From assembly GCA_964187785.1 (NCBI GenBank), contig OZ076409.1:33358001-33422000 (forward strand): a stretch of DNA of 64,000 nucleotides. The letters are read 5' to 3'. The notes below the pieces were generated by a model, which worked only from the letters and a program-made list of their open reading frames with translations, made no database searches and was not told where the DNA came from. A program made the position numbers and the translations under genes. Shown one piece after another: positions 63,879 through 64,000 of this stretch (positions are counted from its first letter, which is position 1; every line of letters begins with the position of its first letter). The stretch comes from Amphiscolops sp. MND2022 (taxonomy: Eukaryota).

Positions 63879-64000
63879 TAGTCGGCGCCTTTTCCTTTAA
63901 AGGAAAAAAGTCCGACTATTACAGTGACTAGTTTTTTTTAGTCGGCGCCTTTTCCTTTAAAGGAAAAAAGCCCGAATATTGCAGTGATTAGTTTTTTTCG
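63879..64000 (+). mobile_element. Tandemly duplicated (60 bp) HINE 5' end running off the window
   Basis: TAGTCGGCGCCTTTTCCTTTAAAGGAAAAAAG..CCGA twice; same end as the copy at 2199. Confidence 0.75.

Overview
AT-rich, transposon-dominated eukaryotic DNA, probably metazoan, with one 200-N scaffold gap; the host cannot be identified from the sequence. The window contains two related but diverged, decayed giant Ty3/Gypsy LTR retrotransposons on the + strand: E1 (~9.5-27.6 kb, 5' LTR missing) and E2 (31626-46151, both LTRs). A solo LTR of the E1 type lies at 58817-59530. Their architecture is unusual: a long conserved leader; gag with zinc knuckles; a protease-like domain ahead of the real protease; RT-RNase H-integrase; an integrase C-terminal extension with an AT-hook, a Cys motif and two TARG1/OARD1-like macrodomains; and a large third ORF in the env position. 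That ORF is not env-like: it has an SGNH-hydrolase-like domain, tandem HTH-like motifs and a conserved unknown C-terminal domain, and it is preceded by a splice-acceptor-like site. Both measurable insertions show an apparent 3-bp target duplication, and the E2 PBS sits 16 nt from the LTR. The rest of the window holds a decayed BEL/Pao element (-), an internally deleted Gypsy element with a WLDD RT motif (-), a Tc1 pseudogene with TIRs, many non-autonomous DNA elements (Helentron/HINE-like, CCC..GGG elements with 2-bp TSDs, TA-TSD MITEs) and one exon of a rhodopsin-class GPCR (-). All domain calls come from reading motifs by eye, not from searches.
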